64,000 bases of DNA, from NCBI GenBank assembly GCA_963745075.1, contig CAVUWV010000012.1, positions 64,001-128,000 on the forward strand, in the 5' to 3' direction. Shown here piece by piece: positions 59,480 to 64,000 of the stretch. The notes under the pieces are model-generated. The model did not search any database. It had not been told where the DNA came from and was given only the letters and a program-made list of their open reading frames with translations. This DNA comes from Candidatus Hydrogenedentota bacterium (lineage in GTDB: Bacteria; Hydrogenedentota; Hydrogenedentia; Hydrogenedentales; SLHB01). The position numbers and the translations under genes are program-made. How positions within the stretch are numbered: the stretch's first letter is position 1; every line of letters starts with the position of its first letter.

Positions 59480-61129
59480 TCACTCCTTATCGGGGTTGTC
59501 GGGATGGGCGAGATCCCACAGGGGACGGCGGCTGCGAATGGACGGAAGCGTTTCGAAATTTTCGACCGGCGGTGGGGACGTTGTCGCCCATTCCAACGTC
59601 CAGCCGCCCCAGGGATTGTCGCCCGCCACGACGCCGCGGCGGAGACTGACAATCGCGTTCGCGAAGAAAATCAGAACCGAACCGACCAGCACAAATCCGA
59701 ATATCGTCGATGTGAGATTCAACGGACCGAACCAAGGCCGATCGGGATACGTGAAGACGCGCCGGGGCATCCCCAGAAGTCCCAGGATATGCATGACAAA
59801 GAACGTCCCGTTGAAGCCGACTACCATGAGCCAGAAATGCGCCTTGCCCCAGCGCTCGGACAGGAACCGGCCGGTCATCTTTGGATACCAGTAATAAATT
59901 CCGGCGAACATGCCGAAAAGCATACCGCCCAGGAGAACGTAGTGAATGTGGGCCACGACGAAATAGCTGTCCGTGAGTTGCCAATCGATCGGGATGGCCG
60001 CGAACGCGACGCCGCTCAGTCCGCCGATGGTGAACTGAATGAGAAATGCCGTAGCGAACAGCATGGACACCGTAAAACGGATGGAACCGCCCCACATCGT
60101 GGCGATCCAATTGAAGATCTTGATGCCGGTCGGAATGGCGATAATCATGCTGCTCGCGGCGAAGACGTACAGCACGGCGAACCCGAGACCGGTCGCAAAC
60201 ATATGATGAATCCAGACTCCGAAACTGAGAAAGCCGATGGCCACAGTCGACGCGGCCATGAACCCGTACCCATAGATCACCTTGCGTGAGAAGACGGGGA
60301 TGACTTCTGAAATAACGCCGAACGCGGGAAGAATCAGGATGTAGACTTCCGGGTGGCCGAACAGCCAGAAGTAGTTCTGCCACAATAACGCCGAACCCCC
60401 GGCGCCAGGCTCGAAGAATACGGTGTTCAGCAACCGGTCGGTCAGGATCATCACGAGCGCGGCGTTCAGCGCGGGCATGGCAAACACCACAAGAAAGGCG
60501 TTGATAAACACCATCCACACAAAGAGTGGGAGGCGGCGCAGGCTGATCCCGGGCGCGCGATACAGAAGCACCGTTGCGATGATATTAATCCCGGTTGCCA
60601 CCGACCCGACACCGCTTATCAGAAGTCCAAATGCCCAATAATCTAGCCCGTGATCGATGTTGTATGCGGTTTCGGTCAGCGGTGCGTAACTGAACCAGCC
60701 GGCCGCCGGCGCGCCCCCGCCGATGAAGCTGAAATAAAGTAGCAGTCCGCCGAAGAGGTACATCCAATAGGCAAACGCGTTAAGGCGCGGGAACGCCATG
60801 TCCCGAGCGCCGATCATGAGGGGCACGAGATAGACCGAGAACCCGAACAGCAGCGGCATCCCCATAAGAAAGATCATGGTGGTGCCATGCATCGTAAAGA
60901 TCTGGTTGTACGTCTCCGGTGCGAGGAACCGATTCCCGGGAGAAGCGAGTTGTATCCGCATCAACATTGCCTCCGTCGCGCCGACGAGGAAGAACGCGAA
61001 TGCGGAAACGATATACATGATGCCGATTTGTTTGTGGTCGATCGTGGTCACCCAACTGAGCAGGCCGCGATACTCGCGAATGTCGAAGATGGAATCGACC
61101 GGCGCCGTTTCGTGCGTAATGTCCGTCAT
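59480..61129 (-). CDS. ctaD: Cytochrome c oxidase subunit I (A1 type)
   Basis: TMHGTTMIF, DMAFPRLN, GHPEVY, WIHHMF and VVAHIHYV motifs. Confidence 0.97.
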   Translation of the reverse strand: MTDITHETAPVDSIFDIREYRGLLSWVTTIDHKQIGIMYIVSAFAFFLVGATEAMLMRIQLASPGNRFLAPETYNQIFTMHGTTMIFLMGMPLLFGFSVYLVPLMIGARDMAFPRLNAFAYWMYLFGGLLLYFSFIGGGAPAAGWFSYAPLTETAYNIDHGLDYWAFGLLISGVGSVATGINIIATVLLYRAPGISLRRLPLFVWMVFINAFLVVFAMPALNAALVMILTDRLLNTVFFEPGAGGSALLWQNYFWLFGHPEVYILILPAFGVISEVIPVFSRKVIYGYGFMAASTVAIGFLSFGVWIHHMFATGLGFAVLYVFAASSMIIAIPTGIKIFNWIATMWGGSIRFTVSMLFATAFLIQFTIGGLSGVAFAAIPIDWQLTDSYFVVAHIHYVLLGGMLFGMFAGIYYWYPKMTGRFLSERWGKAHFWLMVVGFNGTFFVMHILGLLGMPRRVFTYPDRPWFGPLNLTSTIFGFVLVGSVLIFFANAIVSLRRGVVAGDNPWGGWTLEWATTSPPPVENFETLPSIRSRRPLWDLAHPDNPDKE

Positions 61130-62058
61130 CGCAAATCCTCGAGGTACGTTGCTATGGCTTCGGCGTCATCGTGGTTCAGGTGGAGATTGGGCATGTGGCA
61201 ACCGGGCTTGACCGCCTGCGGGTTCATCAGCCAGTCCACCAGATGGTCGTGCGAGTTCGTCAGCACGCCAGCCGCCAGTTGGCTACGCGTCGCGACATGC
61301 GTCAAATCGGGACCGACCCGGCGCTGGGCCTGTGTGCCGGCGATCGCATGGCAGCTTCCACAGGTTCGCTCCTGAAAGAGATTTTCGCCCCGGCGGGCCA
61401 CGTCGTTGGTCGGCGGTCCGGGAACTCGGGACTGTGAATCCAACCACTCCTGAAACGCCTCCGGACTGTCGACAACCACCCGGATTTGCATGAGGGCATG
61501 GTCCTCGCCGCAATACTCTGCGCAGGAACCGTCGTAGTCGCCTGTTTTCCCCGCATCGACCCAAATATGATTCGTGTTGTTCGGGATTGCATCGACCTTG
61601 GCGCCCAAACGAGGTACCCAAAAATCATGCACGACGTCGGCCAACGTCACATCGATCAGCCATTTCTGATTGACCGGCATGTGCATTTCATTGGCGGTCA
61701 CGATTCCGTGCTCGGGATAGCGGTATTCCCACCACCACTGGTGGGCGACCACGGTTACGTCGGGCTTCTTTCCTTTTAGCGGTGGATTAATGACGAACAT
61801 GGCCCGCGCGGTGAACATCAACATGACGAAGAGGATCAGCGCCGGTATCGCCGTCCAAAGAATCTCCAGCTTCGGGTTGCCGTGGTCCTGGTAAGGCTCG
61901 CTCGCGCCTGGCTTGGCACGAAACCGTATGGCGATGTAAACGACAAGTCCCGCCACGATGAGGAAGATTACTGCTGCGACGCCGAGCAGGATAAGGAACA
62001 GCGAGGCGATGCTTTGTGCCTGTGGCGAGACCGGATCGAGTATGGAAGTAGATTGCAT
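61126..62058 (-). CDS. ctaC: Cytochrome c oxidase subunit II with a fused cytochrome c (caa3 type)
   Basis: QWWWEYRY, DVVHDFW, CuA motif CAEYCGEDHALM and heme motif CGSCH. Confidence 0.95.
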   Translation of the reverse strand: MQSTSILDPVSPQAQSIASLFLILLGVAAVIFLIVAGLVVYIAIRFRAKPGASEPYQDHGNPKLEILWTAIPALILFVMLMFTARAMFVINPPLKGKKPDVTVVAHQWWWEYRYPEHGIVTANEMHMPVNQKWLIDVTLADVVHDFWVPRLGAKVDAIPNNTNHIWVDAGKTGDYDGSCAEYCGEDHALMQIRVVVDSPEAFQEWLDSQSRVPGPPTNDVARRGENLFQERTCGSCHAIAGTQAQRRVGPDLTHVATRSQLAAGVLTNSHDHLVDWLMNPQAVKPGCHMPNLHLNHDDAEAIATYLEDLR

Positions 62059-62400
62059 AACAACTCGCAGTGGGTATGGCGTCCATCCTGAGAGTTCTGT
62101 AACGAAGCGCCACCGAGTTCGATTCGCCGAACGGCACCTCCCGGCAGCATATTGCACTTGGCCTTTAATTCCCGAAGGAAAGCGGCACCAAGCGTATTCT
62201 AGTGCAGATATGGCATCAAATCACGACGGTTCCGCGCGCGTGGAGCCCCTTCGGAAATCAAGCATTCGAACATTGATCGAGCAACTTAACTTCAAGACAC
62301 GAGAAGGACCGAGCTTTATTCCACCTCTACATCATACAGAAAAAGGTGTTGCATTCAAGAAACGGTGAGCAACCGGCCCCGCTCAATTCAGGCAAACCAA

Positions 62401-63999
62401 CTATTTCTTTTGCTTCGTGAAGTCGTTGTCATGGTGTGCGTCGCCATGAAACTGTCCGGAGGCGACCGCGAATGGTTTGCATGGCGTATCGGTCGTTAAT
62501 GCATTCAGCCACGTCTCGTCATCCCCGCCCACGACATTCAGGTAACCGTCCCCGTCGGTGTCGGCCACGAGCAAGGTTCCGCCGCCTTTGATCTTTGCGC
62601 CGCTCAGCGTGAAGCTGTGGGGCGTGTAGATCCACAGGACGCTGCCGTCGTTCGCATAGGCGCGCAATTGCATGGCGATATCTACCGGTACGAGGAGGTC
62701 GAGCAGACCGTCTCCGTTCAGGTCGACCGGAGTAGGCGGCGCCAGCAGACGCCCTGGCGTGTCGATTGTCCGCACCAATTGGCCGCGTGCGTCGTGGATG
62801 CCCATCTTCTTGGGATCGATCTCCTGCGCGATAATTTGGGGCGTGTCGTCGCCGCTCATCGGGGCGACTACCGGGGCCCAGTCCGGTTCGCGACTGACCG
62901 CAACATTCCAGAGCACCGTACCGTCGCCGTCAAACGCGGTCATGGCGCCTTCCGTGTCCGTTCGAGCATAGTCCACCACTTCACACATGCCATCGCCGTC
63001 GAGATCCGCGAGGGCGGGCGCGTACATCGAGTCGCCTGGTAGCGTTGCCTTCCACAGCATTTTGCCATCCTTCCCGGAGAAGGCGAACAAATGCCCTTCG
63101 CCTCCTACCACGACATCGAGGTTGCCGTCGCCATTGACGTTGCCCAAGGCCGGATATTGAAGATCGTTGCAGACATCATCCTTGCGCCAGAGTGGCTTTC
63201 CATCCGCGGAGAACGCCGCTACCGTGCCTATGTATGTTGCCGCAACAATGTCTGGGGACCCGTCACCGTTCACATCGCCGACGGCAGGCACCGAGGTGCC
63301 GGGCAGATTGACCTCCCAACGTATCGTACCGTCCGAACTCAGCAACACGAGGTCCTTGCCGCCAACGGCGATCTCGTCCAAACCGTCGCCGTTCAGGTCG
63401 AACACTGCGGGGAAGGGTTGCCCATCTTCCACGTCATAAGTCCAGAGCGTTTCGCCCCCCGGCGTCAGGGCATACAACTTTCCGTCAGGATTGCCGGTGT
63501 TCAAGATAATGGCGACGTGACCGTCCGCATCTATGCGGGCCACCGCCGGCGAACTCAACAATGCGCCGTTAAAGGTTCGTCGCCAGGCCAGCCGTCCGTC
63601 CCCACCGGCCACGTACATACCTTTCTCTGAACACGGGAAAGTCAATGTGTGCCCCGTCGGGTCGAGCGTGGTATCGGGCACCGCTTCCCAACGTTCGCCT
63701 CCCCAGCGATACGCGGCGACCGTTGACGGCAAATAGTGGAACAGTTCCTCAGGATCGAATGTGAGCCGGAGTTCGAGTGAACCACCTGCGGCGGAGTCGC
63801 CCGGCGTGACGGAGAAGTAGTGGGTCAGTAGCGACTTCGGCAGCCCCTTCTGATTCGATTCGGGGTCGATGGGAATTCGCTCGACGCGAACGTGGGCGGC
63901 AGTTGCGTCGTGGGACGGTTCGAGGACGATCGACACCTCGGGATCGTGGCCTGCCACCGCTTGAGTGATTGCTTGTCCGCCCTGTCCCGTGAGTTGGAT
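62401..63999 (-). CDS. FG-GAP/VCBS and PQQ-like repeat protein, 5' end beyond the window
   Basis: Repeated DxNGDG.xD/E motifs (DLNGDGLDEI, DVNGDGSPDI, DLDGDGMCEV); the frame is open to the window end. Confidence 0.85.
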   Translation of the reverse strand: MQLTGQGGQAITQAVAGHDPEVSIVLEPSHDATAAHVRVERIPIDPESNQKGLPKSLLTHYFSVTPGDSAAGGSLELRLTFDPEELFHYLPSTVAAYRWGGERWEAVPDTTLDPTGHTLTFPCSEKGMYVAGGDGRLAWRRTFNGALLSSPAVARIDADGHVAIILNTGNPDGKLYALTPGGETLWTYDVEDGQPFPAVFDLNGDGLDEIAVGGKDLVLLSSDGTIRWEVNLPGTSVPAVGDVNGDGSPDIVAATYIGTVAAFSADGKPLWRKDDVCNDLQYPALGNVNGDGNLDVVVGGEGHLFAFSGKDGKMLWKATLPGDSMYAPALADLDGDGMCEVVDYARTDTEGAMTAFDGDGTVLWNVAVSREPDWAPVVAPMSGDDTPQIIAQEIDPKKMGIHDARGQLVRTIDTPGRLLAPPTPVDLNGDGLLDLLVPVDIAMQLRAYANDGSVLWIYTPHSFTLSGAKIKGGGTLLVADTDGDGYLNVVGGDDETWLNALTTDTPCKPFAVASGQFHGDAHHDNDFTKQKK

Positions 64000-64000
64000 G

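Overview
A GC-rich (roughly 60%) diderm bacterial chromosome segment. The lineage is not provable from the sequence; the gene content suggests a PVC-associated or Hydrogenedentota-like heterotroph. From left to right it contains: (1) the 3' end of a degenerate sigma54-activator gene, a consensus sigma54 promoter driving an unannotated 54-aa ORF, and a cluster of a Ser/Thr kinase (TPR + CsgG-like), a CsgG-like lipoprotein, a FadL/PorV-like barrel and a 71-aa peptide; (2) a long, mostly minus-strand carbohydrate-utilisation region (two paralogous uncharacterised GH-like proteins, nucleoside-hydrolase-like, GH39-like, GH28, GH38 and UroD/MtaA-like genes) plus ppc; (3) the most notable part, at about 30.7-50.2 kb: two diverged copies of a three-gene module (membrane Ser/Thr kinase, secreted ELWxxDGT beta-propeller, FHA-domain sigma54 enhancer-binding protein), bracketed by two outward-facing consensus -24/-12 promoters that drive an N-acyl amino acid synthase + heme-oxygenase-like diiron oxidase pair on the left and a large secreted double beta-propeller on the right; (4) a GxGYxYP protein, a DegT aminotransferase, an NRAMP-like transporter, a caa3 oxidase / bc complex operon and a partial FG-GAP protein. 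Four copies of a ~207-bp MITE with 4-bp TAG/CTA-containing flanks are present. About ten single-base frameshifts between 13.6 and 35 kb are probably read errors. No rRNA, tRNA or CRISPR array was seen.
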